Below are positions 17,452-25,944 of a stretch of DNA of 64,000 nucleotides, piece after piece. The position numbers and the translations under genes are program-made. Source of the DNA: Eggerthella lenta DSM 2243. GTDB taxonomy: Bacteria; Actinomycetota; Coriobacteriia; Coriobacteriales; Eggerthellaceae. The notes beneath the pieces were generated by a model that saw nothing but the letters and a program-made list of their open reading frames with translations, ran no database searches and had not been told where the DNA came from. The first letter of the stretch is position 1; every line of letters starts with the position of its first letter. The stretch is from positions 978,180-1,042,179 of the forward strand of contig NC_013204.1 in the NCBI RefSeq assembly GCF_000024265.1. The letters are read 5' to 3'.

Positions 17452-20400
17452 GTGCAACCCGACTTCTTCGACAACAGGGCGCGCATCGTCAAGGACGACC
17501 TTGTCGCCAATATAGCCGACGGCGATCGCGTGGCGATAGCCGCGTCGGTGTTCTCCATGTACGCCTATCAGGAACTCGCAACCCAGCTTGAAGGCATCGA
17601 CGAGCTGCGCTTCGTCTTCACGTCGCAGGCGTTCACCAAGCAGCGCCCCCCGCGCGAGAAGCGCGAATTCTACATCCCGCGGCTTTCCCGAGAGCAGGGC
17701 CTTTGCGGCACCGACTTCGAGATCAAGCTGCGCAACGAGCTCACGCAGAAGGCCGTCGCGACCGAGTGCGCCGACTGGATCCGCCGCAAGGCGCGTTTCC
17801 GTTCCTTCGAGGGCGAGGGGCGTATGAGCGGCTTTCTGAACGTGGAAAAGACCGACGACAACGTGGCCTACATGCCCTTCGACGGCTTCACCACGCGCAA
17901 GCTCGGCTGCGACAACTCCGCGGAAGCTCCCGATGTGACCATGCGCCTGGACGCCTCCCAGTCGCGCGCCCTGCTCAAGCAGTTCGACGACGCCTGGGAC
18001 TCGGGCGAGCTCCACGACGTCACCGACGCCGTCATCGACGGCATCACGGCAATGTATCAAGAAAACGCGCCAGAGCTCATCTACTACATGGCGCTCTACC
18101 GCATATTCAGCGAGTTCCTGGACGACGTCTCCGAGGACGTGCTGCCCAACGAGGGGCTGGGCTTCCGCGACAGCCTCATCTGGAACAAGCTCTACGACTT
18201 CCAGAAGGACGCGGCGCTCGCCATCATCAACAAGCTCGAGACCTACAACGGCTGCATCCTGGCAGACTCCGTGGGCCTTGGCAAGACGTTCACCGCGCTC
18301 GCCGTGATCAAGTACTACGAGAGCCGCAACAAGGACGTGCTCGTGCTGTGCCCCAAGAAGCTGCGCGACAACTGGATAACCTACAACTCGAACGTCGTGA
18401 ACAACCCCATCGCGGGCGACCGCCTGCAGTACGACGTGCTCTACCACACCGACCTCTCGCGCACGCGAGGCACGTCGGAGACTGGGCTGCCCCTCGACCG
18501 CCTGAACTGGGGCGCGTACGGGCTTGTCGTCATCGACGAGAGCCACAACTTCCGAAACGGCGGCGACTCGGCGTCGGAAGACAAGATGAACCGCTACCAG
18601 CTGCTTATGGAGAAGGTCATCAAGCAGGGCGTGAAGACCAAGGTGCTGATGCTCTCGGCCACGCCCGTGAACAACCGCTTCCGCGACCTGCGCAACCAGC
18701 TCGCCCTGGCATACTGGGGCGACCCCACGGGCTGGTCGGAGAAGCTGCGCCTGGAGAACGACATCGAGACGGTGTTCCGCAACGCGCAGACCGTTTACGC
18801 CCGCTGGTCGAAGCTGCCCGGCGAGCAGCGGACGACCCGCGCCCTCACCGACATGCTCGACTACGACTTCTTCGAGGTGCTCGACCAGGTGACCGTGGCG
18901 CGCAGCCGCAAGCACATCCAGCGCTACTACGACATGAGCGCCATCGGGCCCTTCCCGAAGCGCCTGCCGCCGATATCGAAGCGGCCCAAGCTCTCGACGC
19001 TGGCGAACGCGATCAACTACCGCGAGATATACGAGGAGCTGGACTCCCTCGCGCTCGCCGTGTACATGCCTAGCTCGTACGTGCACCCCAGCAAGATGGA
19101 GAAGTACGCGAAGATGGGCGGCGGCGGAAACCTCACGCTGGGCGGTCGCGAGACGGGCGTGCGCCGCCTCATGACGACGAACCTGCTCAAGCGCCTGGAG
19201 AGCTCGGTGTGCTCGTTCCGCCTGACGCTCGAACGCGTACTGGCGGCGATGAGCGCCGCCCTCGAGACCATAGACGACTACCGCAGGGGCCTCGCCTCGG
19301 GCGCCAGCGTGGCCGACGGCGACCTGCCGGGCGGGTTCGACTTCGACCCCGACGACGAGAGCGGCTTCGAGGTGGGCGGCGCCACGAAGATCCTCGTCGA
19401 GGACATGGACTGGATGAGCTGGGAGCGCGACATCGAGGCGGACGTCGCCGTCATCGAGGTCCTGATCTCGATGGTGCGCGACATCGACCCCGCCCACGAC
19501 GCCAAGCTCATCGAGCTGTGCGAGCAGATCCGCGAGAAGTCGCAAGGCCCCATCAACCCGGGCAACCGCAAGGTGCTCGTGTTCACCGCGTTCTCAGACA
19601 CGGCGGACTACCTCTACGAGAACGTCTCGGCCTTCGCGAAGCGCGAGCTCGGCCTCGAGTGCGCCAAGGTCACGGGCGACGGCTGCGCCTGCACGATAAA
19701 GGCAGTGCCCCCGCACATGCAGGAGGTGCTCGCCTGCTTCTCGCCCGCGTCGAAGGAGCGCGACGTGGTGGCGCCTCAGCTTTCCGGCTGCGACGTGAAC
19801 ATCGTTATCGCCACCGATTGCATCTCGGAGGGCCAGAACCTCCAGGACTGCGACTACCTGGTGAACTACGACATCCACTGGAACCCCGTGCGCATCGTGC
19901 AGCGCTTCGGCCGCGTTGACCGCATCGGCTCTAAGAATGACCGCATCCAGCTGGTGAACTACTGGCCGGACGTCGAGCTTGACGAGTACATCAAGCTCAA
20001 GGCGCGCGTCGAGGAGCGCATGCGCATCACCGTGATGACGTCCACCGGCGACGACGACTACATCAACGCCGACGAGACGGGGGACCTGGAGTACCGCCGC
20101 CAGCAGCTCGAGCAGATGCGCGACGAGGTCGTGGACCTGGAGGACGTCTCGGGCGGCGTGTCCATCACCGACCTGGGGCTCAACGAGTTCCGCATGGACC
20201 TGGTAGGCTATTACCGCGACAACCCCGACATCGACCGCCTTCCGAGCGGCATCAACGCCGTGGTGGAGGGCGACGAGCCAGGCGTCATCTTCGTGCTGCG
20301 CAACGTCAACAGCAGGATCGACCGCGACGGCGCGAACCACCTGCACCCGTTCTACGTGGTTCGCATGGGGTCCGACGGCTCCGTAATTCACGGGCACCTG

Positions 20401-20685
20401 GAGCCCAAGGCGGTGCTCGACGACATGCGCCTTTTGTGCCGCGGCAATTCCGAGCCCGACATGGCGCTGTGCCGTGCCTACAACCGCGAGACCAAGAACG
20501 GCCGTGACATGCGCCGCGAGGCGGGGCTCTTGCGCGACGCGGTGGCTTCGATCGTAGACTCCAAGGAGGCGTCCGACATCGACAGCTTCTTCGGCGGCGG
20601 CACGACGAGCTTCTTGGAGAACGACATCGAGGGGCTCGACGACTTCGAGCTGGTGTGCTTCCTGGTGGTGAAGCCCAGATGCTAG
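17452..20685 (+). CDS. SNF2/Rad54-family DExH helicase, about 1077 aa.
   Basis: GTG start with AAGGGGG RBS. Motif I ILADSVGLGKTFTAL. Motif II VVIDESHNFRN. C-lobe QNLQDCDYLVNYDIHWNPVRIVQRFGRVDRIGS (motifs V/VI). N-terminal 250 aa and C-terminal 350 aa have no clear nuclease motif. Confidence 0.85.
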   Translation: MQPDFFDNRARIVKDDLVANIADGDRVAIAASVFSMYAYQELATQLEGIDELRFVFTSQAFTKQRPPREKREFYIPRLSREQGLCGTDFEIKLRNELTQKAVATECADWIRRKARFRSFEGEGRMSGFLNVEKTDDNVAYMPFDGFTTRKLGCDNSAEAPDVTMRLDASQSRALLKQFDDAWDSGELHDVTDAVIDGITAMYQENAPELIYYMALYRIFSEFLDDVSEDVLPNEGLGFRDSLIWNKLYDFQKDAALAIINKLETYNGCILADSVGLGKTFTALAVIKYYESRNKDVLVLCPKKLRDNWITYNSNVVNNPIAGDRLQYDVLYHTDLSRTRGTSETGLPLDRLNWGAYGLVVIDESHNFRNGGDSASEDKMNRYQLLMEKVIKQGVKTKVLMLSATPVNNRFRDLRNQLALAYWGDPTGWSEKLRLENDIETVFRNAQTVYARWSKLPGEQRTTRALTDMLDYDFFEVLDQVTVARSRKHIQRYYDMSAIGPFPKRLPPISKRPKLSTLANAINYREIYEELDSLALAVYMPSSYVHPSKMEKYAKMGGGGNLTLGGRETGVRRLMTTNLLKRLESSVCSFRLTLERVLAAMSAALETIDDYRRGLASGASVADGDLPGGFDFDPDDESGFEVGGATKILVEDMDWMSWERDIEADVAVIEVLISMVRDIDPAHDAKLIELCEQIREKSQGPINPGNRKVLVFTAFSDTADYLYENVSAFAKRELGLECAKVTGDGCACTIKAVPPHMQEVLACFSPASKERDVVAPQLSGCDVNIVIATDCISEGQNLQDCDYLVNYDIHWNPVRIVQRFGRVDRIGSKNDRIQLVNYWPDVELDEYIKLKARVEERMRITVMTSTGDDDYINADETGDLEYRRQQLEQMRDEVVDLEDVSGGVSITDLGLNEFRMDLVGYYRDNPDIDRLPSGINAVVEGDEPGVIFVLRNVNSRIDRDGANHLHPFYVVRMGSDGSVIHGHLEPKAVLDDMRLLCRGNSEPDMALCRAYNRETKNGRDMRREAGLLRDAVASIVDSKEASDIDSFFGGGTTSFLENDIEGLDDFELVCFLVVKPRC

Positions 20686-21308
20686 GGCTTCCGAGCACGA
20701 CCGAGGTGGGCCGCCGCATACCCAAGGAGGCCTTCTACGGCCGCCTGAAGGTGAGCGCCGCGCTGCGCCAGTCCTTCATCGACGACGTCGAGCGCTTCGT
20801 GATCGCGAACTCGATAAAGACCTCCACGACCGGTATCCCCGACGGCGAGCGCGTGCACGAGGTGCTCGTGGTGGAAGTGGCGCTCAAGAGCCGCTGTGTC
20901 CCCAAAGAAGTGCTGGCGCTTGTGGCTCAGGCGAACCCCCATAAGCTGCTGTTCGCGTGTACCTTCAACGATGAGGTTCGCCTCGCGGTGATGCTCAAGA
21001 GACTCGTCGTGGGACCCTGGCGCCCGTTTGACTGCCTCACGCTCGACATGAATGTAAGCGACGTTGACGCGGTGTGGGATTCGCTTGCATCTCAAGTGGT
21101 CTACAACGACGCAGGCGGCGGTCCTGAAACCATAGAGGAGCGCTTCGAAGCAGACGCGAGGATTAAAACGCTGCACGAAGAACTTGCGCGCGTGGAGGCG
21201 CGCGGACGTAAGGAACGACAGGTTGCGCGAAAGAACGCGCTGTTCGATAAGGCGAAGGAACTCAAACGGCAGATTGCTGATACCGAGAGTGACAGGCGTG
21301 GACAATGA
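20679..21308 (+). CDS. Small conserved protein, possibly of the DUF4391 type found with helicase/methylase pairs; translationally coupled on both sides.
   Basis: ATGCTAG overlap with the helicase stop. ATGA overlap with the next gene. The family name is recalled from memory, not computed. Confidence 0.5.
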   Translation: MLGLPSTTEVGRRIPKEAFYGRLKVSAALRQSFIDDVERFVIANSIKTSTTGIPDGERVHEVLVVEVALKSRCVPKEVLALVAQANPHKLLFACTFNDEVRLAVMLKRLVVGPWRPFDCLTLDMNVSDVDAVWDSLASQVVYNDAGGGPETIEERFEADARIKTLHEELARVEARGRKERQVARKNALFDKAKELKRQIADTESDRRGQ

Positions 21309-22999
21309 AGATAGATAAACTGACAATTAAAAACTATAGGAGCGTCCGTGATTTGGAACTCAGCCTGTCGCCGCGCATCAATGTCTTCATTGGGGCAAAT
21401 AACGTTGGCAAGAGCAATATCCTCTCTGCAATGGAATATCTGCTGGGTCCGTCCTATCCAACAGCCAATCGGCTTGAGCGGTGGGACTTCTACCAGGGCG
21501 ATGAGGAGCTTCCCCTCAAAATAGCCCTTGATTTCGATGACGGGGCTCACCTTTCATTCGATTCAACCTGGCACGATGGTTATGGAAGAGAAAAACACGG
21601 CTTAAATTACAACGGTAGCTACATTTCGGATGAAGTGCGTAGTCGCTATATTTCAGCTTCGATTGGGCCCGACAGGCGCGTTCTCGACAATCCGGCGTCC
21701 AGCCAATGGAGCCTGTTGGGCAGGATGCTCAAGGAATTCAACGAACGTCTTAGCGAGGAGACGATCTCGTCTGCCGATGGGCATACGGTCACCAAAGCCG
21801 AAGCGTTTAAACAGAGCATGCAGGAGATTCGTGATCAAATACTCTTCTCCATTACCGACCAAGACGGTACGAACCTTATGGGCGAGCTTAGCCGCATTAT
21901 GCAGCAGGAAACTGCGAATCAGCTCAATTGCTCGCCTAACGATTTGACTGTCGACTTGAATGCCTACGACCCGTGGAACCTGTACAAAACACTGCAGATT
22001 TTCGTGACCGAGCAGGAGACCGGTGTTCAGATGCGGGCATCTGACATGGGCATGGGGGTGCAGGCAAGCCTCACTATAGCTATCCTCCGTGCCTATTCGA
22101 AGCTCAAGTTGAAGAACCAAACGCCGCTGTTTATCGACGAGCCAGAACTGTATTTACATCCTCAGGCAAGGCGAAAGTTTTATCGCGTGATTGAAGAGCT
22201 CGCAGATTCGGGAACCCAGATATTCCTTACGACTCATTCCACTGAGTTCATTGATCTGGGCAACTTTGATCAGATATACCTTGTGCGCAAGAACGCCGAG
22301 CGAGGGACCTATGTTAGAAAAGCAGATCCCCAGAGTTTTGTAGATGACCTACAAAACAGGCTCAATATAAGAACGGACGCAAACAGATTGATGCTCGAAT
22401 ACCGCAATGCTTTCGAGAACACGGGCGACTCTCAAAAAGCTGCCGAAGGCCTTTTCGCTTCGAAGGTGTTACTAGTCGAGGGAGAGAGTGAGTCGCTTAT
22501 CCTGCCGTTTTGCTTCGATAGGATAGGCTTCGACTACGATGGAAAAGGCATCTCCATAGTACGCTGCGGCGGCAAAAATGAGCTTGACCGTTTCTATCGC
22601 TTATACAGCGAATTCGGCATCCCTTGCTTCATCCTTTTCGACGGGGACTTTCAGAATTTCCAAACCGAAGATCAAGCACACACCATTAAAGCCAATAAGA
22701 GCATCCTTTCGCTCTTCGGTTGCTTGGACGATTTCCCTGACGGAAATGTGCATGAGTCATATTTTGGTTTCCGGACGCTACTCGAGGATAATCTGGGGCT
22801 CAACGGTATTGGCTCAAAAACGAAAGGCCTTCGGCTGTTCGTTAGGTTCAAGAATGCCGTTTCCCGCGAGGAAGCAGCTGTTCCGTTCTGGGTTAAAGAG
22901 ATTGCCGACAAGCTTGACGGTTTGCCTAACGAGGCGCGCTCCGTCCTAACTTGCAAATGTGAACCCCTTGCATGGGATGATGACTACATCCCTTTTTAG
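21305..22999 (+). CDS. OLD-family nuclease: N-terminal ABC-type ATPase plus C-terminal TOPRIM domain.
   Basis: Walker A GANNVGKSNIL. ABC signature-like SDMGMGVQ. Walker B LFIDEPELYLH. H-loop TTHS. TOPRIM VLLVEGESE and FDGDF. Low GC compared with the flanks. Confidence 0.85.
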   Translation: MKIDKLTIKNYRSVRDLELSLSPRINVFIGANNVGKSNILSAMEYLLGPSYPTANRLERWDFYQGDEELPLKIALDFDDGAHLSFDSTWHDGYGREKHGLNYNGSYISDEVRSRYISASIGPDRRVLDNPASSQWSLLGRMLKEFNERLSEETISSADGHTVTKAEAFKQSMQEIRDQILFSITDQDGTNLMGELSRIMQQETANQLNCSPNDLTVDLNAYDPWNLYKTLQIFVTEQETGVQMRASDMGMGVQASLTIAILRAYSKLKLKNQTPLFIDEPELYLHPQARRKFYRVIEELADSGTQIFLTTHSTEFIDLGNFDQIYLVRKNAERGTYVRKADPQSFVDDLQNRLNIRTDANRLMLEYRNAFENTGDSQKAAEGLFASKVLLVEGESESLILPFCFDRIGFDYDGKGISIVRCGGKNELDRFYRLYSEFGIPCFILFDGDFQNFQTEDQAHTIKANKSILSLFGCLDDFPDGNVHESYFGFRTLLEDNLGLNGIGSKTKGLRLFVRFKNAVSREEAAVPFWVKEIADKLDGLPNEARSVLTCKCEPLAWDDDYIPF

Positions 23000-23012
23000 A
23001 GAGGAAATAATA

Positions 23013-24773
23013 ATGAAAAAGATCAAGCTGGGAACCAGCGACGGAGCCACCGAAAATGCAAAGAGAATCACTGAACTGTTCCCACAGGTTGTTACTGAGA
23101 TAAAAAGCGCCGACGGTGAAATCGAACGTACTATTGACTTTGACGCCCTACGAGACCTTCTTGGTGATGTGGTCGAAGGTCAGCGTGAGCGTTATCAGTT
23201 CACTTGGCCTGGTAAGCGTGAAGCTAAAGCAGAGGCGCGTCGCCCCATCTATAAGACGATGATTCCCGAGCCCGGCAAGTCTAAGGATTGGGACACCACC
23301 GAGAACCTCTATATCGAGGGCGACAACCTTGACGCGCTAAAGATCCTTAAGGAGACCTACGCCGGCAAGGTGAAACTCATTTTTATTGACCCACCCTATA
23401 ATACTGGTCACGATTTTGTTTATAAAGACGACTACTCTTTAAGCGGGGCAGAATACAAGAATATCGACGCTGATGTGTCGGAAATGGGCATGTTGGTTGC
23501 AAACCATGATACGGAAGGCAGATTCCACTCTAATTGGTGCACTATGCTCTATCCCAGGCTGCTACTTGCTAGAGACCTGCTTGCCGCTGATGGAGTTTTA
23601 TTCGTTTGCATCGACGACAACGAGTTTGCAAATCTCGAGAAGATGCTAGATGAGATCTTTGGAAGCTCGAATCGTGTTGCAAACGTAATTTGGCAACATA
23701 GCGTTCAGCCAAAAGGATATTTAAGTGGCTTTTCGATTCATCACAATGAGGTTCTTATATATCAAAAATCAAGCGAATTTGAACTTGCGCCTTTGCCGAG
23801 AACGGCGGAAGACAATAAGGCGTATTCAAACCCGGACGACGATCCTAATGGCCCATGGCGTTCTGGCGATGTTAGGAATGCTCTCTATCGACCTAATCTT
23901 ATCTACGATATTGTTTCTCCGTCAGGGAAAGTCATCAAACCTTGCCCTAATGGTTGGCGTTGGAGTAAGGAGACTGTTCAGGAGAAAATAGCTTCTGGCG
24001 AGATTATATTTTCCGAAGATGAAACCCGTATCATTCGAAAAATTTACTTAAAGAATCTCGAAGGAAGAGCTCCAGAAACTATTTGGTTCGGTAAAGATGT
24101 CGGGACAACTCGCGACGCTGCATCCGAGATTAAATCACTTTTTGAAACTTCGGTTTTCGATACCCCAAAGCCTGTCGGTGTTGTAGAGCGTGCTTTGAGC
24201 CTTGTTAAGGGGAACAACTATCTTGTCTTTGATTTTTTTGCGGGCTCCTCAACAACTGCAGAAGCCGTTATGCGAAAAAACGCAAAAGATGGCGGCAGTA
24301 GAATGTGCATTTCTGTTCAGCTTGATGCCGAATGCGAGTTGAATTCGGTAGCTTCCCGATCCGGTTTTAAAACCATCTGCAATCTTGGCGAAGAACGTAT
24401 CCGCCGCGCGGGCGACAAGATCGCCGCAGACATCGACAAGGAAAACATGCAGCTCGAGCTCGGTGCTGAACCAAAGCCTTATCCCGATCTGGGCTTCCGC
24501 GTGTTGCGCATCGACTACTCGAACTTCAAGGACTTCTACCTTACGCCTGGCGAGACCGCCCAGGAGAGCCTCTTCGATTTCGCCGACAACGTGAAGGAGG
24601 GGCGCTCCGACCTGGATTTGCTCTTCGAGGTGCTGCCCAAACTTGGCATCCCGTACTCCGCGAAGATCGAGGAGCGCATGCTCGCCGGCAGGAGTTTCCT
24701 GCTGTTCGATGGCTGCAATTATCGCTCCCTCCTATTTACAAACCCCCTGTTCAGGGGGTTTTTTCATTTCTAG
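23013..24773 (+). CDS. Beta-class N6-adenine/N4-cytosine DNA methyltransferase (Type III Mod-like / DrmMI-like).
   Basis: GAGAGGAAATAATA RBS. Motif IV FIDPPYN precedes motif I FDFFAGSSTTAEAV (permuted beta order). 586 aa. The 5' two-thirds is low GC and the 3' third is high GC. Confidence 0.85.
   Translation: MKKIKLGTSDGATENAKRITELFPQVVTEIKSADGEIERTIDFDALRDLLGDVVEGQRERYQFTWPGKREAKAEARRPIYKTMIPEPGKSKDWDTTENLYIEGDNLDALKILKETYAGKVKLIFIDPPYNTGHDFVYKDDYSLSGAEYKNIDADVSEMGMLVANHDTEGRFHSNWCTMLYPRLLLARDLLAADGVLFVCIDDNEFANLEKMLDEIFGSSNRVANVIWQHSVQPKGYLSGFSIHHNEVLIYQKSSEFELAPLPRTAEDNKAYSNPDDDPNGPWRSGDVRNALYRPNLIYDIVSPSGKVIKPCPNGWRWSKETVQEKIASGEIIFSEDETRIIRKIYLKNLEGRAPETIWFGKDVGTTRDAASEIKSLFETSVFDTPKPVGVVERALSLVKGNNYLVFDFFAGSSTTAEAVMRKNAKDGGSRMCISVQLDAECELNSVASRSGFKTICNLGEERIRRAGDKIAADIDKENMQLELGAEPKPYPDLGFRVLRIDYSNFKDFYLTPGETAQESLFDFADNVKEGRSDLDLLFEVLPKLGIPYSAKIEERMLAGRSFLLFDGCNYRSLLFTNPLFRGFFHF
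24741..24768 (+). terminator. Rho-independent terminator overlapping the 3' end of the methyltransferase gene.
   Basis: AACCCCCTG-TTCA-GGGGGTTTTTT. Confidence 0.5.
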
Positions 24774-25007
24774 GGTGTGGAAACCTCCCGGCACCATGGC
24801 TCAAGATTCGACCCAAAGCCGACTATTCCCATGGGCGATTGCCGAAAATGCCCCCAATCGAGTTGTGTTTTTCTCTCCATATGGACCGTTTATGGAGAAA
24901 AGCGCCTTCGTTTGCCGTTAATCGCGCAACCCGCGCGTTGAAACTCCCCCTCAGTGGGCATAAAGACCCCCAGGCCGCCGCTGCCGGCGGCTTACCCTCC
25001 GAGACGG

Positions 25008-25370
25008 ATGGCTTGGAAAGGAAGGAGCCGGGGTTTGGAAACGGTCAACAGGGTCGTGGTATCGGGGCTCGTGTTCGGGCCCGTGGAGTTCACGGAGCCG
25101 GACAGGGGGCCCGCGCATGCGCGCTTCTGCCTGTCCCAGGAGAAGCCGGCGGGCTCGCGCCGCGTGGAGCATAGGTTCCACTGCGTCGCGTTCGGCCCGG
25201 TGGCGATGGCTGTGGCAGCTTCCCTTGCACCTGGCGTCGCCGTGGTGCTCGAGGGGGAGCTTGCCGAGGCGAGGGCGGCGTCCTTTCTCGACGGCCGGCC
25301 GCGCAGGGCCGAGACCGGCGGGAAGAGCGAGATCAAGGTATCGACTTTCCTCAAGGTCGACGCGCGCTGA
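25008..25370 (+). CDS. Short OB-fold SSB-like protein.
   Basis: RVVVSGLVFGPVEF..HARFCLSQE..HRFHCVAFGPVA..VVLEGELAEA has the pattern of short SSB/PriB-like OB folds. High GC3. Confidence 0.4.
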   Translation: MAWKGRSRGLETVNRVVVSGLVFGPVEFTEPDRGPAHARFCLSQEKPAGSRRVEHRFHCVAFGPVAMAVAASLAPGVAVVLEGELAEARAASFLDGRPRRAETGGKSEIKVSTFLKVDAR

Positions 25371-25491
25371 TTCCGGTACGGGCCCCATGGCCCGTACCTT
25401 TTTCATCCCGCGCATCTGCATAAATACGCATGCACGCATATGCGCATATGCGCATATGCGTAACCGCACATTTCCGTTTTTACGTGTTTGC

Positions 25492-25526
25492 GCGTTTACG
25501 CATCTGCACATCTGGGTAGATACAGC
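25492..25526 (+). promoter_or_regulatory. Copy 1 of the conserved promoter-like motif GCGTTTACGCATCTGCACATCTGGGTAGATACAGC; CATATGCG repeats lie upstream.
   Basis: TTTACG (-35-like), 16-17 nt spacer, TGGGTAGATAC (extended -10-like). Sits about 30-50 bp upstream of the next + gene. Confidence 0.5.
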
Positions 25527-25575
25527 ACAGGATGCGGGCGCGGGCCCGCGATGGATGACCATGGAGGGATGGCAT

Positions 25576-25944
25576 ATGGGAAGGAAAGAGTCCGCCGGGA
25601 ATCAGGCCGGCACGGCGAGGATGACGGTCGGCGATAGGTTCTGGGCGCGGCGCATCCGCCCGATCTTCGACGACGGCGACCTCACGCTCGAGCAGAAGTC
25701 GGTCTTCTGCTGCATCGTGGCGCGCGACCCCATGTCGGTGGCGATCGAGTGCCCGGCGCGCGACATCGCGGCGGCCGAGGCCGGCCTGCCGCGCCGCGAC
25801 TACGACGAGGCCCTGGACGCGCTCGAGCGCGGCGGCTACATCGTCGACATCGTGACGCCCTACGGCGAGGATCGGGACGGGGAACTCTGCATGGTCCCGA
25901 TCCCCGCCGATATCGTGAAGGAGGGGGTGCAGTGCCGTGGGTAG
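25576..25944 (+). CDS. Hypothetical protein, first gene of the second replication module; alternative starts at 25555 and 25561.
   Basis: GGAGGG RBS 7 nt before ATG 25576. High GC3. Overlaps the start of the following rep gene. Confidence 0.45.
   Translation: MGRKESAGNQAGTARMTVGDRFWARRIRPIFDDGDLTLEQKSVFCCIVARDPMSVAIECPARDIAAAEAGLPRRDYDEALDALERGGYIVDIVTPYGEDRDGELCMVPIPADIVKEGVQCRG

Noticed and set aside
17452-20685. Nuclease domain (PLD/HKD or PD-(D/E)xK) within the SNF2 helicase termini, which would make it a Type III Res-like enzyme.
   Set aside because: No HxK..D or convincing PD-(D/E)xK motif could be found by eye in the N-terminal or C-terminal extensions. Left as helicase only, pending profile searches.
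21305-22999. Gabija (GajA/GajB) or PARIS (AriA/AriB) assignment for the OLD-like ATPase.
   Set aside because: No UvrD-like GajB helicase and no separate DUF4435/TOPRIM AriB gene are adjacent. The protein itself contains both ATPase and TOPRIM domains and is translationally coupled into the helicase/methyltransferase operon.
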